Shown in pieces: positions 46,791 to 59,327 of a DNA stretch of 64,000 bases. Position numbers and translations under genes: made by a program. The stretch's first letter is position 1. Each line of letters opens with the position of its first letter. Below the pieces are notes generated by a model. That model ran no database searches, had not been told where the DNA came from, and saw only the letters and a program-made list of their open reading frames with translations. The stretch comes from Trichosphaerium sp. ATCC 40318 (lineage: Eukaryota; Protista; Tubulinea): the NCBI GenBank assembly GCA_038496445.1, contig JALMLS010000455.1, positions 558,001 to 622,000 on the forward strand. The letters are read 5' to 3'.

Positions 46791-49396
46791 ATGACGTTCG
46801 TAAACGCTAATCCAAAAACGAACGGCAAGATCGTTCCAAGGACAGAAAAAAATTATTCTGATACCCTGTACTTATAATAAATAATAACGCAATGAACATA
46901 AAGAGAATTAGAACAAGTCCGCACTTTCACAAGATAGAAAATTGGTTAAATTTTCAACTTTTCCACCAACTTGTTTTTTTTACTACTTAACCTAGCGTTG
47001 ACATCACAGTGGTTCAACCAATATGCAAGCGAAACAAGATTTATACATTTGCGCGCCTTGGATGCGTGAATACAATGAAAAAGGCTCTCAAGGCGCCAAG
47101 GAAGATCACGTTATGGCTTTACACCGAGAAGTAGACGCATTTGCCAAGTGGGTCGCTCCTACACCCGCTGAACACAGGATGAGGCGAGAAGTCTTTGACC
47201 GCGTTAAAAACGCGACTGCGAAGCTATGGCCGGCTGCTAAGGTATTTCTAGAGTGCTTTTAGCGTCACTGAGAGATCTGTTTGCTTGTTTTTGGCCGTTA
47301 ACGCTGTTTCCTGGCATTCGTACTCACTAGAGTTACTAGGTTGAACTTTACGGGTCTTTTGTGACAGGTGTGTGCGTTCCAATGAGGTACGTTTTTTTTT
47401 TCTAAACGGACTGTTTTGTATGTTTGTACTGCATTCTGCTACAGTATATTTTACCACCCACCATTTCCCTATTGGCCTACAATACTGTTTAAACAAAAAT
47501 TCAGCAAGTATTCCAAAACTCTTTTCTTCGTAATCTCACTGTAACGAAAGAAATCGTATCAATCATTTTAAACTCACTATCTTGAGGCTTTTTTATTTTA
47601 TTTTTTTTTTCATTTTTGCCGAATTACAGCGTGATTTTTTTTGTGGTCATGAGACTTACTGTAACCACTAGTGATATGGACGTAGTCATATTTGATGCAA
47701 AAGGGGATACTTACGGGCCTTCTTCAGCAACTGCACTTCACACACTTGCGCAAGCACTTGTGAAGCAAAAAATAGCAATAAAGGTAGAAGTCATATCTAC
47801 TGCACGCGTAAGTAACAATGAGTAGACTTTGAGCCCTTTTTTTTGTTTTTTTTTGTTTTTTTTTTACCGCTTTTCACACAACGTGCACTTGGAATGTATA
47901 ACGACGTAATCTCTACCCATAACATACCTTATTTTTAGTGTACTGCATCGTTTTTCTGACTTTTTCGCTCGTTAGATACCAATCATAAAATATATTGACG
48001 CAAAGACTCACATACTTGTTGACGTTACGTTTGAGTGCTACAGTGCGTTATTTTTTAAACTTACTAATGATTTTAAAGCGATTTTAACCAAAAAAAAACG
48101 AGTTTTGAATTTTTTTGCTTTGTATGCCCAAACAAGTTCAAAGTAGGAGAGAGTGCTAACAACTTATAGGTGCCCCTGCCAACGTATTATTGGTCAACTC
48201 TATTTTGCAAGAATACCCACCTACACGACCTTTGGCTCTTGTTATTAAATTTTACTTAAAACTCCTCTTTCTCAATGATAAATGGACTGGTACGGTTTTT
48301 GCCTTATTCCAACCGTTATGTATTTTCAAAGGAAAATTCAGTTTTTTTCCACAACCGCCTGTATCTCGTCATAACTCGCTAATATAGGTGGTATTGGTTC
48401 CTTCCCACTTCTAGCTATGGTTACATCGTATTTACAGGTCCGTTAATCATGACCCAATACTTAAAAAAAGTTGAACAAAAAAATTTCCAGAGAATTTTTT
48501 TCTTGTGTTACACTGTAACTTCCCCTTACGTTATAATAGCATCATACAAAGTCCCGTGGTAGATCTTCAACGTATACAGCAGATTATAACTTTGGAAGTA
48601 TGCTTCTCGGGTTTTTTAAGTATTGGGCTGAGGAGCACGATTACATTGAGCGTGGTGTATCAATACTGGAGTCCGGGTCTTATTTTTCGAAAAAAGGTAT
48701 ACCCTTCACTACAAAATACGTACTAATGCGTCTATCAGAACGTGGTTGGTACAATCCACGCGCTCCCACTCTTTTGTGTATTGAGGACCCATACAATCCT
48801 GGTACGAGTTGTTTGCTTTTTTTTTTTTTGGGCCAACTTTACGGTTCGAGTAGTGACGTCTTTCTACGTGAAATGACTTTTCCTTTTGAACCTATTCAAA
48901 AGGCTAGTTTTAAGCCACGTCGCTTTATTATCATAGACTAACTCTTCACGTAGAAGAAGATATTGGATGCCCAAGTTTCCGAATAGACACTATAAAACAT
49001 TGTTTTACTGTTGCTTACACAGCTCTAAGTACAAATGATGCTTGTGCAGTGCCTTATGATTCTTGGCTATCAAAACTACTTGTCGTTCCAGCAGACGTTA
49101 TGAGCCACAGACGATGGGCCAATCACAACTACAGCAATAGACGAAAAAACAAGCAAAACAACTCTAGAAAACCACCTCGTGGAGGAAATAGTAGTCTCTG
49201 TGGTAGACGTGAGAACCGTCAGCACTCTTCTGGAGGCCGTGATAGTAATAAGAGTAGCTCAAATGGAAGCAGAGGTCCTCAAAACGCTGGTAGAAAATCA
49301 GGAAACAAGAAGAGTTCTTCTCCTCAAAAGGGTATCCCAGTCAAGATTAATTCTATAGAAGAGTTCCCTGCTCTTGCAACAAAGACGTGGGTATAA
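46791..49396 (+). CDS. TRF4: Non-canonical poly(A) polymerase of the TRF4/PAPD5-7 (TENT4) family
   Basis: LHREVDAFAKWVAPTPAEHRMR; YGSFVTG...SDMDVVI; ARIPIIK; VDVTF; LND..TGGIGS; LCIEDP..P; basic low-complexity tail. Confidence 0.9.
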
Positions 49397-50310
49397 GAAG
49401 GAGCTTTTTTTTGAATCAAAAAGAAATTGAAAAAAAAAATCATCCAAAAAGAGAATTTGTACACTTGTATCCACTAAGAATCTTAATAGTGGGAGTTCGC
49501 TTATCTCTTTTTTTTGTGTTGGCTTTTTTTTTTCTTTTTTTTTTATCATTTCTTGAAAAAGAAATTGCTCCTTCTGTTTCTCACCTCTCTTTTCTTTCTT
49601 CTTTCTTTCTCTCTTGACCCTCTCACACTCTGGTTGTGACTATTTTATCTCTCTTTTTACCCACACCCCTTTTTCTATCACCTCCCCCACAGAAACTTAT
49701 CTTCTTTGTAAATAAACGTAACTAATAAACCTTGTACATCTTAAAAAAATTCTCGTGTTATGAAAAATGTGTTCGCAAAAAAAAGCTCCGAATTGAAGCC
49801 TGGTGCTCTTGAAGCCAGATTTCCGAATATAATTTATCTTGTAAGTCGCTCAGTACAAGGCGGCGATAAAAGAAAAGTGACTTTCGAAATAATAAAAGAC
49901 AGGACCCGTGACAACGTTTCAATTTAACTCCGCATTAAAATCAAACGTGGCAAAAGTGGTTTGGTTGAATATTCTAAAGTATTGTTGATTCAAATAATGT
50001 GTCCTAAAAACCCTTTGCAACTCATGACCTTCAAACGGTATGTACAATCTAAACTCTCTAATGCCACGCTTAGAACAAACCGCGAGCAATTGATAAACAT
50101 CAGTTTCACATGAATGTTTTAGCTAAAATGAAGGTTCCTTAAAGGAGTTCAATGTCGAACGCAAAAAAAGTTCGACTCCTCCAACAATCCCCTTAATCAT
50201 TTGATTGAAGGTGTCTGAATAAATGTAATGTACACGGACAATGTGTCCTTTTTTTGAAAATTCCACATGAATTCAAGAAGACAAAAAAGTACGAAAAAAT
50301 TAAAAAGCAC

Positions 50311-51462
50311 ATGATGGCAACACCTCGCTTTATCTTCCTATCCCTTCTTCTTTTTGGCATAGTACATGCGTACTGGACTATTTTCGCAGGCAATGGATCA
50401 CCTAATCATATCACTGCAAAGAGATATGACAACGTGTTCTTCACTGCAGGTCCTTTCACTGTTGAAAACTGGCTAATCGAACCTGGAGACAAATTCATAC
50501 CAATGGAGTTCTTGGGTCATAACCAAGTAGTCTCTTTCACTCTCTTTATCAAACCCGGACAGAAGTGGATGCTAGCGTGGTTAGACAGGGACGGTAACTG
50601 GAGATATCAAGCAAAAGGCGGACAAAAGATTGGAACCTGGCCTACATCTTCTACCGACCAATATGTTTCAGGCAGGTTCAGAGGAAGACTTGAAAAAGAT
50701 TTACTCATTTCGAACCCCGATGGTCGCTATGCCACGTTTCAACTAGAATCGACGATCATCAATACCAATGGGTTGTTTAATTACGTCTTCAACTTTGTAA
50801 CACTCCAGTACGCTGCAGACGCAACAGTTCAAGCCACAGATAAACTCATCTCTGGTTACTTCGATCATACTCTATCACCAAGAAAAGACTACGTTGTATT
50901 GATCAAGTCAACCGGGTACTACGTAATGACATTCAACACGGCAACAAACAACTGGGATATTCTCTCGAGCTCAAGTAACGGACAGATAAACTGGTGGGTT
51001 ATTAATCTATCGAATGACAAGTACATTGTTGGTGGATTCGAAACACGGTCACGTGATCTCTTACTTTGTGTTAATCCAAACGGATGGCATCATCTCATGA
51101 AATTAGACCCAGTAACGAATACCTTCAAGTTCATCGAAGGCGGATCAAACGGCAAAGTTGGCACGTGGACAATCGGTCATCACAATAGATTTCTTGCAGG
51201 AAAATTCGACTTGGTTCAACCGGTAGGCGGAACAGATCCTCATCACTTGCTCGCAATAGATCCAAGTGGTAATTCCCAAACGCTTGAACTAGTAAACAAC
51301 CAGTGGACTCAAGTAGCAACGAACAACGGAAACGGTAGGATTGCTGGATGGCATATCGGTTGGGGTGATCACTATGTCAGAGTTGAATCTTATGACGATG
51401 ACCGTTATAGAATTCTAGCACTTAACAATGGCGGTTGGTGGAAAAGTATGCAACTGTCATAA
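50311..51462 (+). CDS. Intronless secreted repeat protein (~383 aa), probable beta-propeller with degenerate FG-GAP-like blades
   Basis: Signal peptide MMATPRFIFLSLLLFGIVHA; ~55-aa repeats G-x-I-G-x-W...D-x-Y/F-hhG-x-F...D-hLL...N-x-x-G; single uninterrupted ORF. Confidence 0.8.
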   Translation: MMATPRFIFLSLLLFGIVHAYWTIFAGNGSPNHITAKRYDNVFFTAGPFTVENWLIEPGDKFIPMEFLGHNQVVSFTLFIKPGQKWMLAWLDRDGNWRYQAKGGQKIGTWPTSSTDQYVSGRFRGRLEKDLLISNPDGRYATFQLESTIINTNGLFNYVFNFVTLQYAADATVQATDKLISGYFDHTLSPRKDYVVLIKSTGYYVMTFNTATNNWDILSSSSNGQINWWVINLSNDKYIVGGFETRSRDLLLCVNPNGWHHLMKLDPVTNTFKFIEGGSNGKVGTWTIGHHNRFLAGKFDLVQPVGGTDPHHLLAIDPSGNSQTLELVNNQWTQVATNNGNGRIAGWHIGWGDHYVRVESYDDDRYRILALNNGGWWKSMQLS

Positions 51463-51971
51463 AATAAAACTGTTTGTTTTCCCTCGTTTATTTTTTGTTT
51501 GTTAACCTTTTGGGCTCTTTTTCATCAGAATACTTTCGTGCCATTTAAAATGATATCATCCTCAGCGATTGTGTTTTAAGTCTCGTAGAGCTTGATAAAC
51601 ATTGTAGAATTTTCTTGCACGATATCGAAGAGAGCTGTACAACACACGTGCGTCACTCGACGTATATTAGGTATAGGGTGCACGACCCAACAAGCCACCA
51701 ACGTAGCTGGTACCGTTATAGTAGTAATTCATTGAGCGCTGTTAAACTGACTTTGAAACATGCATGCAACAATCAAGGTTAAGTCACTTGAATAGCCGTT
51801 TGGCACATTACGCCCCTCTTCACGAACATTATTCAACTGTTTGATGGATTGCGCTTGATTGGAGGTGACTAGGAGTGTAAATTGTGAAATTAACCTGTAC
51901 GAGTAAGCCTAACACCCACAACGGAGACGGAGATCGAATTAATAGGGTTTTGACGCCTTCTTAACCGAAAT

Positions 51972-54900
51972 ATGGAGAAATCAGCTGAAAGCAAACCAAA
52001 AACAACAAAAGAGGGTGTGATAGAATCTATTAACGGATGTAGTACGTATTATACTTCTTAAATGCCAATTGGTTACATCTAAACATAAAAAATAGTAGTT
52101 TCCGCCAAATTCAATCCAGGAGTTGCCACTATGTACGAAATGGTACGAAGACTTACTTTCAGCATTTTTCATCTTTTGTTGTACCCGTTTTGGAAGAAAT
52201 CACGTGATTTTTTTTCTAAATGATTTTCTGAAAGGTGTATGTTGGACCTAAACGTCTTGTTGGAGAAATTGTGACTGTGTGGCATTCGTCGACGAGCATC
52301 AAGGTGTTTGAAAATACAGGTAATTTTTTTTTGCCAGTTTTGATCTCGCCTTGCTAGAGCACTTCACATGTTTGCTCTGATTACTTTGTAAATATTAGAT
52401 TGTCTTAGCGTTGGTGATACGGTAGTACTTACAGGGAATCCATTACAGGTGGAACTAGGACCAGGTCAAGAAACTTCTTTTTTCGTTATTTTGTTGCTTC
52501 ACGAAAAAGCTGAGATTTGTTAGGTATTCTCGGTAACGTGTTTGATGGTATTCAGCGTTCTCTAAAAGATTGTAAAACAAATACATTAGTACCAAATATA
52601 CCCACAGAGAAAATATCTGTTCGTTTAAACCACAACAAACTGTGGGATTTTAAACCAAACGAGGACATCAAGGCAAACTTGGTTTTTTTTCAACCCAATA
52701 ACATCGCTGCAGGTTGGCTCCCTTGTACAACCTGGTGATATTTTTGGATTTGTACAGGAAACCCAATGTATAGAGCATCGTATTATGGTTTCTCCAAATA
52801 ATTCTGGAAAAGTGAAGTGGATTGCTCCATCGGGGAAGTACACCTTAAAAGTACGTGTAAAATTATTCACACAAAACTAAAACTTTTTTGTAGGACTCTG
52901 TACTTATTCTTTATTGTGATGGCGTTGAAAAATCGCTTGGTATGAGCCACAAGCATCCAATACGTTCAGGCAGGAAATTAAATAAGATGCTAAAAGCAGA
53001 GAAGCCTCTTTTTACTGGAATCCGTGCAATAGACATGTTCACACCGTAAGTGTTTTTTGTTGAAGTTTCATGCTTCCCTGAATGTAGCATTTGGCTAGCA
53101 CGTGTTGTGTTTAGGTCAATTCTATTATAAACATTACAGGCCTGTTAGGGATTTTAAGGCTTATTTCCTTCACTGGGCTTGTTTTTAACTACTTGGTTCA
53201 AGGTTGGCTCAAGGAGGAACTTGTGCAATATGGGGACGATTTGGTACAGGAAAAACACATGTTTTACAATCAATAGCGACAAATTCAAATAGCGATATAA
53301 TTGTATATTGTTGTTGTGGAAAACGTGGTTCAGATGTTACTTCAATGATGTTATCATTAGAACAACAAAACTCCTCCCAAGTATAACATAAACATGTTTT
53401 GTTATTTTTTTGCGACATTCCTTTTGGAAGTGTTAACGTCTCTAGTCTAATCAGCTTTTAGGGAATGAAATCACGTGATAGTGTTATAGTTTGTAATACA
53501 TCGAATATGCCTATTACATTGAATGAAGTATCACTGTATGTACGTATTAATTTTGAAATGACTTTGACTTTTTTGTTGTTAACAAGTATTTGTAGCTATG
53601 ACGATTGCAGAGTATTTTAGAGACCAAGGATATAATGTAACACTACTTGTTGATTCTTTTGATATGTGGGCAGAATCAGTTAAGAGTACCCAAGTGATGT
53701 ACATGAGACATTCACAATTTTTTTTGTCTTCAACAAAGATGTGTTCAGTGATAGACAGGTACAACTTGATTCTTTCTATTTGTTAACCTTCCGCTTAGGT
53801 CAGGTAGGACTTTATGCCAAGGATACCCTTTCCGTAAGGGATCTATAAGCTTAGTTGGAACAGTATCATTAAACTGTCCATGCAGAAGTGCGGAGACTTT
53901 ACATTTTTCAAAACTTACCAAAACTCACGTGTTGTGATGTTTATTAGATTGGTATTTATCAGTTTTAACTGATTTTAATAGACAATTTTTTATATATTTT
54001 AAAAGCGAACATATATTTAGACCGTGGTAGAGAGCGGTACATGGCATTTAACGAGCGTTGTACAAAATATAATAATGATCTAAAATCATATTTTGAAGTA
54101 AGCTTGCTCACTCCTTGAACATCCTCCCTTGGAGGGTGGTATACACATGACTATACAAAAAGATTAACATGTTTTTTTAATTAGGATTTATATGGAGAAG
54201 AAGTTGAACACCTTAGACTTAAGATGAGTGGTATATTAAGTCAACATGGCGATTACTATGAAATAGTTCAATTAGTTGGCTTGGTACAACACTTGACATT
54301 TTTGTTGCTAAAGAACAGCAACATGGAAATTTTTTATTGTAGAATATTTCTTAATTCCAAGGCAAAGAAAGTTAAGCCTCACGAGTGAAGCTGCATTTTT
54401 CTTGCTTTTTTCTTGTTTTTTTTTTGATTTTGTTTGCTCTGTTCCTTCACCATTTCGAAAATGTTCAGTAAGACGTATAAATAATATTTATTACAAGGCA
54501 TGCCTAACTGAAACAGATAAACTTATTTATGAATTTGGTACACTTTTAAAAAATGAGTTCTTGTATCAAGACACTTATGAGGAATCTGAACAATTTTGTC
54601 CTTTTTACAAAACATTGTTCATGCTTAGAAACTACAACCTGTATTATGATCTTTGCCACGAGGTACGCTTTACACTCCATGTACTTTCAGGAGCTAAATA
54701 GAATTACATCTCATTGACACTAAACCCTTATACGGCAGATTTTTATACGCTAGTAGGTTCGTAGTGTATTTTTTTTAATTATTCTCTTCTAGGTTCTTGA
54801 AGAAAATAGTAAAAATCCTAAAAGCAAAATAACATGGTCTATAATCAAAAGTCATACGAGGGATGTATGGTTTAAGCTTATAAACCAAAAATACATGGTA

Positions 54901-55105
54901 CTTGACTACATTTTTAACATACACTATTTTGCTGTTTAGTTCATATTTTTTGAAAAAAACGTTTGACAAGTTATTCTCAGCTCCTTATTAATTTCTCGTC
55001 AAATAGGGAATTACACATGGTAAAACAACAGTAGAAGAAGCGTTAAACGTACTAGTCAAAGACATCAAAAAGCTATTTATTGCGTTTGAGAACAATGTAT
55101 TTTAA
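51972..55105 (+). CDS. Divergent V-type ATPase subunit A paralogue lacking the catalytic glutamate
   Basis: MYEMVYVG...LVGEI; [42 protein letters not shown]; P-loop GRFGTGKT; NTSNMP; TIAEYFRDQGYNV; FCPFYKT. The canonical GERGNE reads GKRGSD. Confidence 0.85.
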
Positions 55106-55533
55106 AAAAGAACAAATACTGTATGGAACAAACACAGTATGTAACTATTTGAGAATGCATTCGCAATTGTTTCGTAATCTGCATGTTTGTGTTCGAACGA
55201 GCTTTTCAATTATGGGAAGTGCAATTCTTTGGTAAAGTGGTGCCTATGCTGTCGAATTTTTAAACCTAGATATGTTTAACTGAAATATAAGTGCCAGCTT
55301 AGAGGACTTCGAGCTGTTTAATTTGATGATAGCGCAGCTTTGTTACGTCTTAACAAAACTCGGCTTACCTACCTTGAATGCGACAATGTGGTACTACTTA
55401 AACTGTGGGCCGCTGTTTAGTATACCGATGCAGGTCATTTATTTGTGTTGAATTTACCACGGACAGCGTGATTGAATTAGCTTCCAATGGTAGTTTAACA
55501 TTTTTAGTGAGCTACATTAGTGCTTGAGTACGC

Positions 55534-55908
55534 TTATTGTGGAAGTATTGTTTTTCCCGATTGTTGCCATTTAAGTATCGACAGTGCTGCCTTACATTCA
55601 TCACAGTCTGTACCATTTTCTTCGCAAGGTAGACAAGTATAGTTGGCGATATTAGTATCACTGCTACGGCGAATAACCCATATAGCAGGGTTAGTTCTAA
55701 ACAGTTCGAAATCGTTTTCAGCTAATATTTCTGGTAACATTTGACCTCTAAACAAAATCGTCAACCAAAGATAGCGTTTCGTTATCACGTGCCTTTCTTC
55801 ACATTGGCTGGTGGCGTTGTAAAAACTATCAGCAAATACGGGCGCTTGACATGCGGTGTAGTGTGTAAATAGAAGTAAAATAGCTAATGCCAAGAATACA
55901 TGAAACAT
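55534..55908 (-). pseudogene. 5'-only duplicate of the 57333-58647 lectin-like membrane protein gene
   Basis: High identity to 58285-58647 (e.g. CEERHVI..YLWL.ILFRGQMLPEIL.ENDFELFR). Similarity stops after KWQ.SGKTI and a stop follows at once. The upstream aaaataggagatac block is also shared. Confidence 0.7.
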
Positions 55909-56278
55909 TTTATCTAAGTTTTAACCAATACGATTCTGCCAAAAGGTTTGAACCTTTATAACAGAATTAAAGACATGTCAAATTGTACAACGAGATAAAA
56001 TACCTGAGTGTTAATAAAATAGGAGATACGGAGCGCTTCCAAGGTATTAACACCGTGATTTCTAGCCGTAATTTATTTTGGTCAAAGCAAAGCAACAAAT
56101 TACCAAATTTTTCGCAAGCTTTGACGGGGACTGAGTTAATAGGTGTATAAATACTGTTATAGATAATAGTTTCTGGCCTTGCTTAAAGTACTTTGATCTT
56201 TTTAACTTATTTTTCGGGGCAACATTTTAGGTTTTTTGTAAAAAATAAGCTAAGGGTTGCTGCCTGTTCTTATAATCT

Positions 56279-56611
56279 TTATTTTACATCTGTTGGTTTT
56301 TTCATCATCCGGATGACAAATTGTACTCCGCGAGCGCGTGGGTAAATTTCAAGCTCCGATACTGTTTTTGAGCCCATACCACTTGCCATTGGTATAACAG
56401 TAATATACCTGACGTCATGACTGCCTGTAGGAGGGACTATCATTATTATATTTATTTCTGGATCTTTAGCAAAGCTAGGCCATTTAGATTTGTATAGCGT
56501 AGATATCTCGTTCAGTGTAGTGTTTGGAGTAATATAAAACCCTTTAGACTGATAACACGACAAAGGACCACAAAACATCCATATCTTTTCTTCTTCAGCA
56601 TGCTCAGTCAT
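56279..56611 (-). CDS. Intronless 110-aa protein, possible ubiquitin-like (beta-grasp) fold
   Basis: Clean ATG-TAA ORF. The pattern YITPNTTLNEISTLY...KTVSELEIY...VQFVIR resembles Ubl secondary-structure motifs. No C-terminal GG. Confidence 0.5.
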   Translation of the reverse strand: MTEHAEEEKIWMFCGPLSCYQSKGFYITPNTTLNEISTLYKSKWPSFAKDPEINIIMIVPPTGSHDVRYITVIPMASGMGSKTVSELEIYPRARGVQFVIRMMKKPTDVK

Positions 56612-57332
56612 TTGTTGTTGTTATTTAAAGTTTATTTTTAGTTTATAAATACGCCGTTGCCTTAACAAGAACAAAGTACTCTTTTCACTGAACAACGTTA
56701 AAATTGATTTTATTTATGTGGATCGCAGAAAAAGTAGTTGAAAGACTCGCACCGAACATCAGTAACTGTCGTTTTTACAAACTGTGCTATTTATCCATAG
56801 TGTTAGAATATGTGTTGAAGTGAGTGTGCGCATAGAAAGCTGAAACTGGGATTGTCCTTAAAGTTACAAGAAATTGACTGGATTAATGGTAAAGTACTAT
56901 TGACCTACGTGCCAGTTATTAGCTGCTCCATGATCGATGGTACAGTGTACAGATACAGACAAGTGTAGGCGGTACATTGAGTGATACGAGTGATATTAAG
57001 GTTATCTGAAAAGATATGAAGATGTTCACTCCAATAACCCTTCAGTGCAAATGGTCAACTTATCATATTTTAACTAACGAGTAATTGTTGCCCCACAATT
57101 AATCACAAAACACATGAATACATGAAGCAACTGAAAGCAAAATTGTTGGTTGTGGGTTATGGAGGATCACGTATGCTCAAGCAATATGCAAAATATTCTC
57201 ACTTATCACGTGTCACATCTTTTGATGTAATAGATCAGACTTGAGTATTGAGGTTACGAGATAATAACGTGCTTCCAACATGGAAAAATCCCTCATTTAT
57301 TTGCCAGAGACAAAGTTTGGTTTGCCACTTTA

Positions 57333-58647
57333 CTACGATACAACAGCCCCCTGTGCAGCTTGAGCGCGCTTTTTATGGAAGCATTTGTACACTTTGTATG
57401 GATAAATGTGTTCACACCAAGAGGGAACGGTCAGGGTTAATAATATAAATGCAATCACAATAACCGCTACTGCACTTACAACAGCTACAGGTATTATAGG
57501 AAATTGTGTGTCTTCGCTTGATCTGGACAAGCAAGACAATGAAAACAAAATAACTAGTCGCCCACGTGTATCTGTTAATAAACAATTCATCAGCATAAGA
57601 AGAGTTGTGGTGGCAATGTTACTGATTCGTACTTTCTTTAAAGCAAGTGTTTTCTGGGTCTGAGAGTGATATATTGCCTGTATCAACCACACAATCGTCT
57701 CTGAAAGTTATCAATGTCAACAAATCCGTTTGCTTTGACAGTCGAGTTGATTAGTTCGAACATGTGAGCATAATAAACGTACTTGTTGAACAGAAGTTGT
57801 ATCAATGATAACATTGCCTATAAAAATAGGACATCCGTCCACTATTATTGAAGAGTGTGAATCAACCGCAATCACCGTATTTTCTTTGAAAACAATATCC
57901 CCTTATATTTGTTTAGTTGCTGTTAATAAAAAAGTGTTGTTCTTTTAACATACCAGGTACTATGAACGGTCCTTGTCCTATAACTGAAAAATTGCCATCA
58001 ATGATTTGTGTACTAGTTGGTGCAATGGTAGGAGCAATAGTTGGAGGTATGTCAGCACATTTGATTTGATAGTCAACATCACTACTGCACCTTACGTCAT
58101 TAAGGCCTAAGTATAAAATCAACGGTATTTATATTGTGGGATATATACCTCTAGAATGAAGTGCCAAACATCTTTCTTGTACACCCCAAAACTCAAAACT
58201 TATATCTAGGGGCCCAGCGAACTTTTCCAAAAAAATGTGCATGCTACCATTTGCACCAATAAGAAACAAGTCAGTTTCAAATATTGTTTTTCCTGATGGT
58301 TGCCATTTGAATGCCGATAGGGCTTCCTTACATTCATCACATTCTGTACCATTTTCTTCACAAGGTAGACAAGTATAATTGGCGATATTGGTATCATTGC
58401 TGCGGCGCATGCTAACCCATACACCAGGGTCATCTCTAAACAGTTCGAAATCGTTTTCAGTTAATATTTCTGGTAACATTTGACCTCTAAACAAAATCGG
58501 CAACCAAAGATAGTGTTTCTTTATCACGTGCCTTTCTTCACAATGTCTACTAGCGTTGTAAAAACTAGCGCTCGGTACGAGCGTTTGACATGCAGCGTAG
58601 TGTGTAAATAGAAGTAGAATAGATACAGGCAAGTATACGCGGAACAT
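57333..58647 (-). CDS. Type I membrane protein with a divergent C-type-lectin-like domain and short PT linker
   Basis: Signal peptide; SFYNASRHC...VWVSMRR...FKWQPSG...ERCLAL..GLNDVRC; PPTIAPTIAPT; beta-rich Cys domain; TM IIPVAVVSAVAVIVIAFILLTL; four GT-AG introns. Confidence 0.7.
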
Positions 58648-59327
58648 TTTAGTATAGTTTTTCCACTTGAGTTTATGGGATGCTGCCAATTGGTTTTACT
58701 ACACTCGTAAAGGATTAGAGACGTATTAAACTGAACAAACCGAAAAAAATACCGTTAATGCTAAAATAGGAGATACAGCGCGCTTCAATGCGATGGTATC
58801 AACTGCGTGTGATTTCGAAGCTGTGTCCTTCTTTTGTACTGCTAGTGTTTTTTGGTCAAAATAAAACACGTGGCCGAATTTCACTTCTCAAATGCTTTGA
58901 TTTTTTGCTGTCTGGTTTACTGGACGTGTTCACAAACAGTTTTACAACAGATCTGACATGCTGTAACGCTTGTTGGATTTCGTTTAAAGGGCATTGTTAT
59001 TTGGGCTAAGAACGTTAGTAATTAATGTCTGATGCCCATAGACAAATATGAAGCAAACGCTAGTTACAATTTTCTTGTGCCGTACCTTTCTCAGTGACAA
59101 TTTTGGCAATTCCTTTGATAACCCTAGCATCAAGTATTAGACTGTCATACTTTACATTACCTGTATGTTACGGATGTCAATTTTTAACGAACCTAGAACA
59201 AACTTTTATGCGCAAGTCCAAAAAATGGCATTTTAGTCAGAGTAACTTTTTTATTTTATTTTTCAGCCAGTTTTTCCTTATTTTGTGCGAAGTAAGGTCT
59301 TTGGTGAAGGATATCGGTGTTATGGAA

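Noticed and set aside
50140-50185. GTTCGACTCC T-loop-like sequence
   Set aside because: It forms only a short hairpin, with no D-arm, anticodon arm or acceptor stem.
53881-53952. In-frame TGA/TAG near the expected VFW motif of the vatA-like gene, hinting at stop-codon reassignment
   Set aside because: TGA, TAG and TAA all end well-supported genes here and conserved Trp residues use TGG. The segment is more simply an intron (53888-54020).
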